Assembly (NCBI RefSeq): GCF_006345805.1
Contig: NC_043012.1
Coordinates: forward strand, 11,098,001 to 11,162,000
Reading direction: 5' to 3'
Length of the DNA stretch: 64,000 bases
From: Octopus sinensis
Taxonomy: Eukaryota
Shown here: positions 1 to 12,767 of the stretch, piece by piece
Layout of the letters: each line of letters opens with the position of its first letter
How positions within the stretch are numbered: the first letter of the stretch is position 1
Position numbers and translations under genes: made by a program
Notes under the pieces: model-generated
Database searches by the model: none
Told to the model about the DNA's origin: nothing
The model's input: the letters and a program-made list of their open reading frames with translations, nothing else

Positions 1-3000
1 AGACGATGGGGTTATCCCTACATATTGTGTCCGGAGTCTAAGACCACTGACTGTCAAATTTGGGGTCCGGAACTATAGTGGGAAAAAAGTTTTGCCCCTT
101 GCCCACGCGATGGTCTTGCCACACCTCACCAGCCTCTATTTGCTCCATATCATCATAAGACGATGGGGTTATTCCTACAGATTGTGCCCGGAGACTAAGA
201 ACACTGTCTGTCAAATTCGGTGTCCGGATCTCTAGTGGGAAAAAAATTTCGCATCTTGCCCGTGCGATGGTCTTGCCACTCCTCACCAGCCTCTATTTGC
301 TCCATATCATCGAAAGATGATGGGTTTATTCCTACAGACTGTGACCGGAGACTAAGACCACTGACTGTCAAATTTGGGGTCCGGAACTCTGGTGGGAAAA
401 AATTTCACACCTTGCCCACGCGATGGTCTTGCCACTCCTCACTAGCCAGTATTTGCTCCATATCATCGTAAGACGATGGGGTTATCCCTACAGATTGTGT
501 CCTGAGACTAAGACCACTGACTGTCAACTTTGGGGTCCGGAATTCTAGTGCAAAAAACATTTCGCTCCTAGCCGACGCGATGGTCATGCCATTCCTCACC
601 AGCCTCTATTTGCCCCATATCTTCGTAAGACGATGGGGTTATCCCTATAAATTGTGTCCGGAGACTAAGACCACAGACTGTCAACTTTGGGGTCCGGAAC
701 TCTAGTGGTAAAAAAATTTTGCCCCTTGCCCACGCGATGGTCTTGCCACTCACTCATCAGCAGTCTCCATTTGCTCCATATCATCGTAAGACGATGGGGT
801 TATCCCCACAGATTGTGCCCGGAGACTAAAACCACTGACTGTCAAATTTTGGGGTCCGGAATTCTCGTGGGAAAAATTTCACCCCTTGCCCACGCGATGG
901 TTTTGCCACTTCTCACCAGCTTCTATTTGCTCCATATCTTCGTAAGACTATGGGGTTAGCCCTACAGATTGTGTCCGGAGACTAAGACCACTGACTGTCA
1001 AATTTGGGGTCCGGAACTCTATTGGGAAAAACATTTCACCCCTTGCCCACGCGATGGTCTTGCCATTCCTCACTAGCCTCTATTTGCTCCATATCATCGT
1101 AACACGATGGCGTTATCCCTACAGATTGTGTCCGGAGACTAAGACCACTGACTGTCAAATTTGGGGTCGGGAACTCTAGTGGGAAAAAATTTCGCCCCTT
1201 GCTCACGCGATAGTCTTGCAACACATCACCAGCCTCTATTTGCTCCATATCATCATAAGACGATGGGGTTAGCCCTACAGATTGTGCCCGGAGTCTATGA
1301 ACACAGACTGTCAACTTCGGGTCCGGAACTCTAGTGGGAAAAAATTTCTTATCTTGCCCGCGCGATGGTCTTGCCACTCCTCACCAGCCTCTATTAGCTC
1401 GATATCATCGTAAGCCGATGGGGTTATTCCTACAGACTGTGACCGGAGACTAAGACCACTGACTGTCAACTTTCGGGTCCGGAACTCTCGTGCGAAAAAG
1501 ATTTCGCTCCTTGCCCACGCGATGGTCATGCCATTCCTCACCAGCCTCTATTTGCCCCATATCTTCGTAAGACGATGGGGTTATCCCTATAGATTGTGTC
1601 CGGAGACTAAGACCACTGACTGTCAACTTTGTGGTCCGGAACTCTAGTGCCAAAAAAATGTCGCCCCTTGCCCATGCGATGGTCTTGCCACTCACTCATC
1701 ACCAGCCTCCATTTGCTCCATATCATCGTAAGACGACGGGGTTATCCCTACAGATTGTGCCCGGAGACTAAAACCACTGACTGTCAAATTTCGGGGTCCG
1801 GAACTCTAGTGCGAAAAAAATTTCGTCCCTTGCCCACGCGATGGTCTTCCCACTCCTCACCAGCCTCTATTTGCTCCATATAATCGTAAAACGATGGGGT
1901 TATTCCTACAGATTTTAACCGTAGAATAAGACCACTGACTGTCAACTTTGGGGTCCGGAACTCTATTGGCAAAAAAATTTCGCCCCTTGCCCACGCGATG
2001 GTCTTGCCACTCCTCACTAGCGTCTATTTGCTCTATATCATCGTAAGACGATGGGGTTAGCCCTACAGATTGTGTCTGGAGTCTAAGACCACTGACAGTC
2101 AAATTTGGGTTCCGGAACTATAGTAGGAAAAAAGTTTCGCCCCTTGCCCACGCGATGGTCTTGCCACACCTCACCAGCCTCTATTTGCTCCATATCATCA
2201 AAAGACGATGGGGTTAGCCCTACAGATTGTGCCCGGAGACTAAGATCACTGACTGTTAAATTTGGGGTCCGAAACTCTAGTGGGAAAAAATTTCGCCCTT
2301 TGCACACGCGATGGTCTTGCCACACCTCACAAGCCTATATTTGCTCCATTTCATCGTAAGACGATGGGGTTATCCCTACAGATTGTAATCGGAGAATAAG
2401 ACCACTGACTGTCAACTTTGGGGTCCGGAACTCTAGTGGGAAAAAATTTCGCCCCTTGCCCACGCGATGGTCTTGCCACACCTCACCAGCCTCTATTTGC
2501 TCCATATCATCGTAAGACGATGGGGTTATCCCTACAGATTGTGCCCGGAGACTAAAACCACTGACTGTCAAATTTTGGGGTCCGGAACTCTCGTGGGAAA
2601 AATTTCACCCTTGCCCACGCGATGGTCTTGCCACTCCTCACTAGCCTCTATTTGCTCCATATCATCGTAAGACGATGGGGTTATCCCTACAGATTGTGCC
2701 CGGAGACTAAGACCACTGACTGTCAACTTCGGGGTCCGGAACTCTAGTGGGAAAAAAATTTCGCCCTTTGCCCACGGGATGGTCATGCCACTTCTCACCA
2801 GCTTCTATTTGCTCCATATCTTCGTAAGACTATGGGTTTAGCCCTACAAATTGTGTTCGGAGACTAAGACCACTGACTGTCAACTTTGGGGTCCGGAACT
2901 CTATTGGGAAAAAATTTCACCCCTTGCCCACGCGATGGTCTTGCCATTCCTCACTTGCCTCTATTTGGTCCATATCATCGTAAGACAATGGTGTTATCCC

Positions 3001-6000
3001 TACAGATTGTGTCCGGAGACTAAGACCACTGACTGTCAAATTTGGGGTCCGGAACTCTAGTGGGAAAAAATTTCGCCCCTTGCTCACGCGATAGTCTTGC
3101 CACACCTCACCAGCCTCTATTTGCTCCATATCATCATAAGACGATGGGGTGAGCCCTACAGATTGTGCCCGGAGACTAAGACCACTGACTGTCAAATTTG
3201 GGGTCCGGAACTCTAGTGGGAACAAAATTTCTCCCCTTGCCGACGCGATGGTCTTGCCACTCCTCACTAGCCTGTATTTGCTCCATATCATCGTAAAACG
3301 ATGGGGTTATTCCTACAGATTGTAACCGGAGAATAAGACCACTGACTGTCAACTTTGGGGTCCGGAACTCTAGTGGGAAAAAATTTCGTTCCTTGCCTAC
3401 GCGATGGTCTTGCCACTCCTCACTAGCCTCTATTTATTCCATATCATCGTAAGTCGATGGGGTTATCCTACAGATTTTAACCGTAGAATAAGACCACTGA
3501 CTGTCAACTTTGGGGTCCGGAACTCTATTGGCAAAAAAATTTCGCCCCTTGCCCACGCGATGGTCTTGCCACTCCTCACTAGCGTCTATTTGCTCTATAT
3601 CATCGTAAGACGATGGGGTTAGCCCTACAGATTGTGTCTGGAGTCTAAGACCACTGACAGTCAAATTTGGGTTCCGGAACTATAGTAGGAAAAAAGTTTC
3701 GCCCCTTGCCCACGCGATGGTCTTGCCACACCTCACCAGCCTCTATTTGCTCCATATCATCAAAAGACGATGGGGTTAGCCCTACAGATTGTGCCCGGAG
3801 ACTAAGATCACTGACTGTTAAATTTGGGGTCCGAAACTCTAGTGGGAAAAAATTTCGCCCTTTGCACACGCGATGGTCTTGCCACACCTCACAAGCCTAT
3901 ATTTGCTCCATTTCATCGTAAGACGATGGGGTTATCCCTACAGATTGTAATCGGAGAATAAGACCACTGACTGTCAACTTGGGGTCCGGAACTCTAGTGG
4001 GAAAAAATTTCGCCCCTTGCCCACGCGATGGTCTTGCCACACCTCACCAGCCTCTATTTGCTCCATATCATCGTAGACGATGGGGTTATCCCTACAGATT
4101 GTGCCCGGAGACTAAAACCACTGACTGTCAAATTTTGGGGTCCGGAACTCTCGTGGGAAAAAATTTCACCCCTTGCCCACGCGATGGTCTTGCCACTCCT
4201 CACTAGCCTCTATTTGCTCCATATCATCGTAAGACGATGGGGTTATCCCTACAGATTGTGCCCGGAGACTAAGACCACTGACTGTCAACTTCGGGGTCCG
4301 GAACTCTAGTGGGAAAAAATTTCGCCCCTTGCCCACGGGATGGTCATGCCACTTCTCACCAGCTTCTATTTGCTCCATATCTTCGTAAGACTATGGGTTT
4401 AGCCCTACAAATTGTGTTCGGAGACTAAGACCACTGACTGTCAACTTTGGGGTCCGGAACTCTATTGGGAAAAAATTTCACCCCTTGCCCACGCGATGGT
4501 CTTGCCATTCCTCACTTGCCTCTATTTGGTCCATATCATCGTAAGACAATGGTGTTATCCCTACAGATTGTGTCCGGAGACTAAGACCACTGACTGTCAA
4601 ATTTGGGGTCCGGAACTCTAGTGGGGAAAAAATTTCGCCCCTTGCTCACGCGATAGTCTTGCCACACCTCACCAGCCTCTATTTGCTCCATATCATCATA
4701 AGACGATGGGGTGAGCCCTACAGATTGTGCCCGGAGACTAAGACCACTGACTGTCAAATTTGGGGTCCGGAACTCTAGTGGGAACAAAATTTCTCCCCTT
4801 GCCGACGCGATGGTCTTGCCACTCCTCACTAGCCTGTATTTGCTCCATATCATCGTAAAACGATGGGGTTATTCCTACAGATTGTAACCGGAGAATAAGA
4901 CCACTGACTGTCAACTTTGGGGTCCGGAACTCTAGTGGGGAAAAAATTTCGTTCCTTGCCTACGCGATGGTCTTGCCACTCCTCACTAGCCTCTATTTAT
5001 TCCATATCATCGTAAGTCGATGGGGTTATCCCTACAGATTTTGACCGGAGACTAAAACCACTGACTTTCAACATTGGGGTCCGGAACTCTAGTGGGAAAA
5101 AATTTCACCCCTTGCCCACGCGATGGTCTTGCCACACCTCACCATCCTCTATTTGCTCCATTTCTTCGTAAGACGATGGGGTTATCCCTACAGATTTTGT
5201 CCGGAGACTAAAACCACTGACTCTCTAATTTGGGGTCCGGAACTCTAGTGGGAAAAAATGTCACCTCTTGCCCACGCGATGGTCTTGCCACACCTCACCA
5301 GCCTCTATTTGCTCCATATCTTCGTAAGACGTTGGGGTTAGCCCTGCAGAATGTGTCCGGAGACTAAACCACTGACTGTCAAATTTGGGGTCCGGAACTC
5401 TTGTTGTAACAAAATTTTGGACAATGCCCACGCGATGGTCTTGCCACACCTCACCAACCTCTAGTTGCTCCATATCATCATAAGACGATGAGGTTAGCCC
5501 TACAGACTGTGCCCGGAGACTAAGACCACTGACTGTCAACTTTGGGGTCCGGAACTCTAGTGGGATAGAAATTTCGCCCTTTGCCAACGCGATGGTCTTG
5601 CCACTCCTCACCAGCCTCTATTTGCTACATATCATCGTAAGACGATGGGGTAATTCCTACAGATTGTGACCGGAGACTAAGACCACTGACTGTCAACTTT
5701 GGGGTCCGGAAATCTAGTGCCAAAAAAATTTCGCTCCTTGCCCACGCGATGGTCATGCCATTCTTCACCAGCCTCTATTTGCCCCATATCTTCGTAAGAC
5801 GATGGGGTTATCCCTATAGATTGTGTCCGGAGACTAAGACCACTGACTGTCAACTTTGGGGTCCGGAACTCTAGTGGCAAAAAAATGTCGCCCCTTGCCC
5901 ATGCGATGGTCTTGCCACTCACTCATCACCAGCGTCCATTTGCTCCATATCATCGTATGACGATGGGATTATCCCTACATATTGTGTCCGGAGTCTAAGA

Positions 6001-9000
6001 CCACTGACAGTCAAATTTGGGTTCCGGAACTATAGTGGGAAAAAATTTTCGCCCCTTGCCCACGCGATGGTCTTGCCACACATCACCAGCCTCTATTTGC
6101 TCCATATCATCATAAGACGATGCGGTTAGCCCTACAGATTGTGCCCAGAGACTAAGAACACTGATTGTTAACTTTGGGCTCCGGAACTCTAGTGGGAAAA
6201 AATTTCGCCCTTTGCCCACGCGATGGTCTTGCCACACCTCACAAGACTCTATTTGCTCTATTTCATCGTAAGACGATGGGGTTATCCCTACAGATTGTAA
6301 TCTGAGAATAAGACCACTGACTGTCAAATTTTGGGTCCGGAACTCTAGTGGGAATAAATTTCGCCCCTTGCCCAAGCGATGGTCTTGCCACACCTCACCA
6401 GCCTCTATTTGCTCCATATCATCGTAAGACGATGGGGTTATCCCTACAGATTGTGCCCGGAGACTAAAACCACTGACTGTCAAATTTTGGGGTCCGGAAT
6501 TCTCGTGGGAAAAATTTCACCCCTTGCCCACGCGATGGTCTTGCCACTTCTCACCAGCTTCTATTTGCTCCATATCTTCGTAAGACTATGGGGTTAGCCC
6601 TACAGATTGTGTCCGGAGACTAAGACCACTGACTGTCAAATTTGGGGTCCGGAACTCTATTGGGAAAAACATTTCACCCCTTGCCCACGCGATGGTCTTG
6701 CCATTCCTCACTAGCCTCTATTTGCTCCATATCATCGTAACACGATGGCGTTATCCCTACAGATTGTGTCCGGAGACTAAGACCACTGACTGTCAAATTT
6801 GGGGTCCGGAACTCTAGTGGGAAAAAATTTCGCCCCTTGCTCACGCGATAGTCTTGCAACACATCACCAGCCTCTATTTGCTCCATATCATCATAAGACG
6901 ATGGGGTTAGCCCTACAGACTGTACCCGGAGACTAAGACCACTGACTGTCAAATTTGGGGTCCGGAACTCTAGTGGGAACAAAATTTCTCCCCTTGCCCA
7001 CGCGATGGTCTTGCCACTCCTCACCAGCCTCTATTTGCTCCATATCTTCGTAAGACAATGTGGTTATCCCTACAGATTTTGTCCGGAGACTAAAACCACT
7101 GACTGTCAAATTTGGGGTCCGGAACTCTAGTGGGAAAAAATTTCAGCCCTTGCCCACGCGATGGTCTTGCCACACCTCACCAGCCTCTATTTGCTCCATA
7201 TCATCATAAGACGATGGGGTTAGCCCTACAGACTGTGCCCGGAGACTAAGACCACTGACTGTCAAATTTGGGGTCCGGAACTCTAGTGGGAAAAAAATGT
7301 CGCCCCTTGCCCCCGCGATGGTCTTGCCACTCCTCACCAGCCTCCATTTGCTCCATATCGTAAGACGATGGGGTTATCCCTACAGATTGTGCCCGGAGAC
7401 TAAGACCACTGACTCTCAACTTTGGGGTTCGGAAATATAGTGGGCAAAAAATTTCGCCCCTTGCCTACGCGATGGTCATGCCTTTCTTCAGCAGCCTCTA
7501 TTTGCTCCATATCTTCGTAAGACGATGGGGTTAGCCCTACAGATTGTGCCCGGAGACTAAGACCACTGACTGTCAACTTTGGGGTCCGGAACAATAGTGG
7601 GAAAAAAGTTTCGCCCCTTGCCCACGCGATGGTCTTGCCACACCTCACCAGCCTCTATTTGCTCCATATCATCGTAAGACGATGGGGTTATCCCTACAGA
7701 TTGTGTCCGGAGACGAAGACCACTGACTGTCAACTTTGGGGTCCGGAACTCTAGTGGGAAATAATTTCGCATCTTGCCCGCGCGATTGTCTTGCCACTCC
7801 TCACCAGCCTCTATTTGCTCCATATCATCGTAAGACGATGGGGTTATTCCTACAGATTGTGATCGGAGACTAAGACCACTGACTGTCAACTTTGGGGTCC
7901 GGAAATCTAGTGCGAAAAAAATTTCGCTTTTTGCCCAAACTATGGTCATGCCATTCCTCACCAGCCTCTATTTGCCCCATATCTTCGTAAGAGGATGGGG
8001 TTATCCCTATAGATTGTGTCCGGAGACTAAGACCACTGACTGTCAACTTTGGGTTCCGGAACTCTACTGGCAAAAAAATGTCGCCCCTTGCCCATGCGAT
8101 GGTCTTGCCACTCACTCATCACCAGCCTCCATTTGCTCCATATCATCGTAAGACGATGGGGTTATCCCTACAGATTGTGCCTGGAGACTAAAACCACTGA
8201 CTGTCAAATTTCGGTGTCCGGAACTCTAGTGGGAAAAAAATTTCGTCCCTTGCCCATGCGATGGTCTTCCCACTCCTCACCAGCCTCTATTTGCTCCATA
8301 TCATCGGAAAACGATGGGGTTATTCTTACAGATTTTAACCGTAGAATAAGACCACTGACTGTCAACTTTGGGGTCCGGAACTCTAGTGGGAAAAAAATTT
8401 CGCCCCTTGCCCACGCGATGGTCTTGCCACTCCTCACTAGCGTCTATTTGCTCCATATCATCGTAAGACGATGGGGTTATCCCTACATATTGTGTCCGGA
8501 GTCTAAGACCACTGACTTTTAAATTTGGGTTCCGGAACTATAGTGGGAAAAAAGTTTCGCCCCTTGCCCACGCGATGGTCTTGCCACACCTCACCAGCCT
8601 CTATTTGCTCCATATCATCATAAGACGATGGTGTTAGCCCTACAGATTGTGCCCGGGACTAAGAACACTGACTGTTAACTTTGGGGTCCGAAACTCTAGT
8701 GGGAAAAAATTTCGCCCTTTGCCCACGCGATGGTCTTGCCACACCTCACAAGCCTCTATTTGCTCCATATCTTGGTAAGACGATGGGGTTATCCCTACAG
8801 ATTGTAATCGGAGAATAAGACCACTGACTGTCAAATTTGGGGTCCGGAACTCTAGTGGGAAAAAAATTTCGCCCTTTGCCCACGCGATGGTCATGCCACT
8901 TCTCACCAGCTTCTATTTGCTCCATATCTTCGTAAGACTATGGGGTTAGCCCTACAGATTGTGTCCGGAGACTAAGATCACTGACTGTCAAATTTGGGGT

Positions 9001-10713
9001 CCGGAACTCTAGTGGGAAAAAATTTCGCCCCTTGCTCACGCGATAGTCTTGCCACACCTCACCAGCCTCTATTTGCTCCATATCTTCGTAAGGCGACGAG
9101 GTTAGCCCTACAGATTGTGTCCGGAGACTAAACCACTGACTGTCAAATTTGGGGTCCGGAACTCTAGTGGGAACAAAATTTTGGACAATGCCCACGCGAT
9201 GGTCTTTCCACACCTCACCAGCCTCTATTGTCTCCATTTCTTCGTAAGACGATGGGATTATCCCTACAGATTTTGTCCGGAGACTAAAACCACTGACTGT
9301 CAAATTTGGGGTCCGGAACTCTAGTGGGAAAAAATTTCGCCCCTTGCCCACGCGATGGTCTTGCCACACCTCACCAGCCTCTATTTGCTCCATATCTTCG
9401 TAAGACGATGGGGTTAGCCCTACAGATTGTGTCCCGAGACTAAACCACTGACTGTCAAATTTGGGGTCCGGAACTCTAGTGGGAACAAAATTTTGGACAA
9501 TGCCCACGCGATGGTTTGCCACACCTCACCAGCCTCTATTTGCTCCATTTCTTCGTAAGACGATGGGGTTATCGCTACAGATTTTGTCCGGAGATTAAAA
9601 CCACTGACTGTCAAATTTGGGGTCCGGAACTCTAGTGGGAAAAAATTTCACCCCTTGCCCACGCGATGGTCTTGCCACACCTCACCAGCCTCTATTTGCT
9701 CCATATCTTCGTAAGACGATGGGATTAGCCCTACAGATTGTGTCCGGAGACTAAACCACTGACTGTCAAATTTGGGGTCCAGAACTCTAGTGGGAACAAA
9801 ATTTTGGACAATTTCCACGCGATGGTCTTGCCACACCTCACCAGCCTCTATTTGCTCCATATCATCATAAGACGATGGGGTTAGCCCTACAGATTGTGCC
9901 CGGAGACTAAGACCACTGACTCTCAACTTTGGGGTCCGGAATATAGTGGGCAAAAAATTTCGCCCCTTGCCTACGCGATGGTCATGCCTTTCTTCAGCAG
10001 CCTCTATTTGCTCCATATCTTCGTAAGACGATGGGGTTAGCCCTACAGATTGTGCCCGGAGACTAAGACCACTGACTGTCAACTTTGGGGTCCGGCACTC
10101 TAGTGGGAATAAAATTTCGCCCCTTGCCCACGCGATGGTCTTGCCACTCCTCACCAGCCTCTATTTGCTCCATATCATCGTAAGACGATGGGGTTATCCC
10201 TACAGATTGTGCCCGGAGACGAAGACCACTGACTGTCAACTTTGGGGTCCGGAACTCTAGTGGGAAAAAATTTCGCATCTTGCCCGCGCGATTGTCTTGC
10301 CACTCCTCACCAGCCTCTTTTTGCTCCATATCATCGTAAGACGATGGGGTTATTCCTACAGATTGTGACCGGAGACTAAGACCACTGACTGTCAACTTTG
10401 GGGCCCGGAAATCTAGTGCGAAAAAAATTTCGCTCCTTGCCCACGCGATGGTCATGCCATTCCTCACCAGCCTCTATTTGCCCCATATCTTCGTAAGACG
10501 ATGGGGTTATCCCTATAGATTGTGTCCGGAGACTAAGACCACTGACTGTCAACTTTGGGGTCCGGAACTCTAGTGGGAAAAGAATTTCACCCCTTGCCCA
10601 CGCGATGGTCTTGCCACTTCTCACCAGCCTCTATTTGCTCCGTATCATCGTAAGACGATGGGGTTATCCCTACAGATTGTGCCCGGAGTCTAAGACCACT
10701 GACTGTCAACTTC
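1..10713. repeat. Tandem satellite DNA, 156-157 bp monomer, ~68 copies, GC ~52%, with higher-order block duplications
   Basis: The anchor AGACGATGGGG recurs at 1, 158, 315 and 471. Hand consensus: AAGACGATGGGGTTATCCCTACAGATTGTGCCCGGAGACTAAGACCACTGACTGTCAACTTTGGGGTCCGGAACTCTAGTGGGAAAAAA(A)TTTCGCCCCTTGCCCACGCGATGGTCTTGCCACTCCTCACCAGCCTCTATTTGCTCCATATCATCGT. The array ends abruptly in a partial monomer at ~10713 and probably continues upstream of the window. Confidence 0.97.
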
Positions 10714-11288
10714 TGAGTTTGAGTACGAGCTGTAAACAGGGTCAAGATTCATCGTGATGATAAAGCAACAACCTTTAGGACCTTCTATTACTGACATTTC
10801 TAGTCCTGTAACAGTCTGCCTCCTTCCCTATCTCCCCCTCTCTCCGTCTCTCTCTCTCTTTCTCTCCCTCCCTTTCTTCCTCTCTTTCTCTCTCCCTATC
10901 TCTTTTCTCTCCTCACCTTCTCTCTGAATCTCCCCTCTCTTAGAGCAGAAAGCCCTCAAATAGATCTCAATGCCAGGAGCCAGTAGCAATTTCAGGCCAA
11001 TAATATCTGGAAACTGCCTGAAGTTCCTGGACTGAGGTTCTTCTGGAACAGACATCTTTGTTGTCCTTTGTTGATATCCGGAGCACTATCCAGAACATTA
11101 CCGCTCATACCCTCATCCAAACCTCCATAGAATGATAGAGTTACCGTTCTACCACAGCATTACTGAGTAATACATGACTTTTAGCACGTGACAACGTTTT
11201 ATATACTAGACCCGCAATGCTAGTCAATGTTTGATCCAAGACCACAGCTCCAACAAAATAGATCGCCTACTCGAAGTTGTGCTCAAAT

Positions 11289-11412
11289 GGTACTTGTTTT
11301 ATCCACCACAAAAGGATGAAAAGTAAAATCGATCTCGGCTGAATTTGAACAGACGAAATGCCGCTAAGCATTTTGCCCGGCGTGCTAATCATTCTGCCAG
11401 CTCTCCACCTTA
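11289..11412 (-). mobile_element. tRNA-derived SINE family A, degenerate 5' part
   Basis: Reverse complement matches the family A head (GAGCTGGCAGAATGATTAGCACGCCGGGC...TTCAAATTC...TTTCATCC) seen intact at 42896-43136. Confidence 0.75.
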
Positions 11413-11941
11413 ATTTATGAAGAAATAATTTCTCATACAACGTCAGGAAGGACTACAACTAAATATCCCAAGGCATTGTTGCCGGTGCTCCACCGATTCT
11501 TCTATACCGCTACGAAACTAAAATTATATACTGTTAAAATATAATAATATAGCGTTCGATTTTTAATTCTTGTCTTGGATATTTTCCAACAGAAATAGAA
11601 GCAAGACGATAATCAACCTGTCTGAGTGCAGAGCAAAAGTCGAAATATCATAATTAAGACAGTCACATATTGAACCGATTCTGGCCAACATTTATTTCAG
11701 GTCAGGTCGGGTTATATATGAGATTATTTGGGGTTATAGTAAAAATTCTTATAAGGAATCTAGAACTTCAAGGGAAGTTTCCTTAAACAAAACCAAAAAC
11801 CGGAATTGTGAAAGTCATTTCATTTCGTCGTTTTTTAAACTTTTTTCTTTTTCTTTTGTTCTTTCTCCGTTGAAATTGATTCGTCGTCGTTTTTTTTTTG
11901 TTTTTTATTTTCTTCTCAAATCACTCCGGACTAAAAATATC

Positions 11942-12352
11942 GGATCTTTTCGGTTTGAACGGCAGTTTTTTAAAAATAATTTCCACGTAACTAAACCCTT
12001 CAAAACTTCGTATACTGGTAGAATGTGTTTATAAAACGTCTTTTTCTCTTGGCTTTATTGAGAAAATTCTATAGTTTGTAAGATATTCGTTGTTTTTTTT
12101 CCTTCAATTTCTGCAATTTCAACCAAACAATGACGACTATTGTGTTGAAAACATTCTGTGCCGTATGAATATGTCCCTCGTTTAAGAAACAGATTGGGTT
12201 TATTTACATTTCTGACGAAAAAAAAGATACCCTTGTCCCCACCCCTAACCCTAACCCTAACTAACCCTAACCCTAAAAGAGATTGAAATGCAATAGATCG
12301 ATACTAGGGTCATAATTATGGATGACAATTTCATATGACACCGAAAAGATCC
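11942..12352 (+). mobile_element. Non-autonomous TIR transposon (MITE), copy 1, with internal (CCCTAA)n
   Basis: Starts GGATCTTTTCGGTTTGAACGGCAGTTTTT and ends ACCGAAAAGATCC. The right TIR is shortened by a deletion between two ACCG microhomologies relative to copy 2. Homologous in inverted orientation to 12768-13205. Confidence 0.85.
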
Positions 12353-12767
12353 CTTTCTCCGCTGAAATTGATTCGTCGTCGTTTTTTAAAAATTTTCTTC
12401 TCAAATCACTCCGGACTAAAAACATCTGCGATAAAAGCAACCTAAGAATGACCATCATGACTTCTTTTTCTCAGACAGTTTGCCTAGGTTTAGATAATCC
12501 AACAGTTCTACATTTTTAAACACTATTTTGAGGGACATTTGCCTGCTATTTCCAACAGAATTAACGTCGCATTGGGTCTCTCCCGTTGATTCGTCTGATT
12601 TCTTCGTTAATTCTACTTTCTACTTTACTACGGCTGGATAGAAAAATTTATCGTTGTTGTTGGTTGCGTTGCTTAGAGCCAAAGTAAGCCTTAACCTCAA
12701 ACTTATGATCAAAACCTTTTCACTCAAACCCGTTCCATCTTTTTTTGTATCTTCAGACAAATTCTTC

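Noticed and set aside
1-10713. Giant 52-aa repeat protein (SYDDMEQIEAGEEWQDHRVGKGRNFFPLEFRTPKLTVSGLSLRAQSVGITPS) on the minus strand
   Set aside because: The 156-bp variant is stop-free in one frame, but the mean period is ~156.6 bp, so many monomers are 157 bp. Non-homopolymer frameshifts (+4 CACTCACTCATC variants, -1 ACTAAACCAC variants) recur in duplicated blocks, so the frame is not maintained. A dN/dS test on aligned monomers plus RNA-seq would settle it.
1-10713. CRISPR array
   Set aside because: The entire monomer repeats with no unique spacers, there are no cas genes, and the context is eukaryotic.
1-10713. Hammerhead in the satellite monomer (minus strand CTGGTGAG...CGAAA) and CENP-B box (TTTCG...)
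   Set aside because: The core has G at the A6 position, stem I pairs only 2 bp and stem III needs several wobbles. The TTCG is not followed by the A and CGGG positions of a CENP-B box.
10930-11140. Ty3/gypsy integrase remnant (minus-strand LQAVSRYYWPEI)
   Set aside because: Only one short motif, with no flanking His/Cys residues or other pol motifs, and stops nearby.
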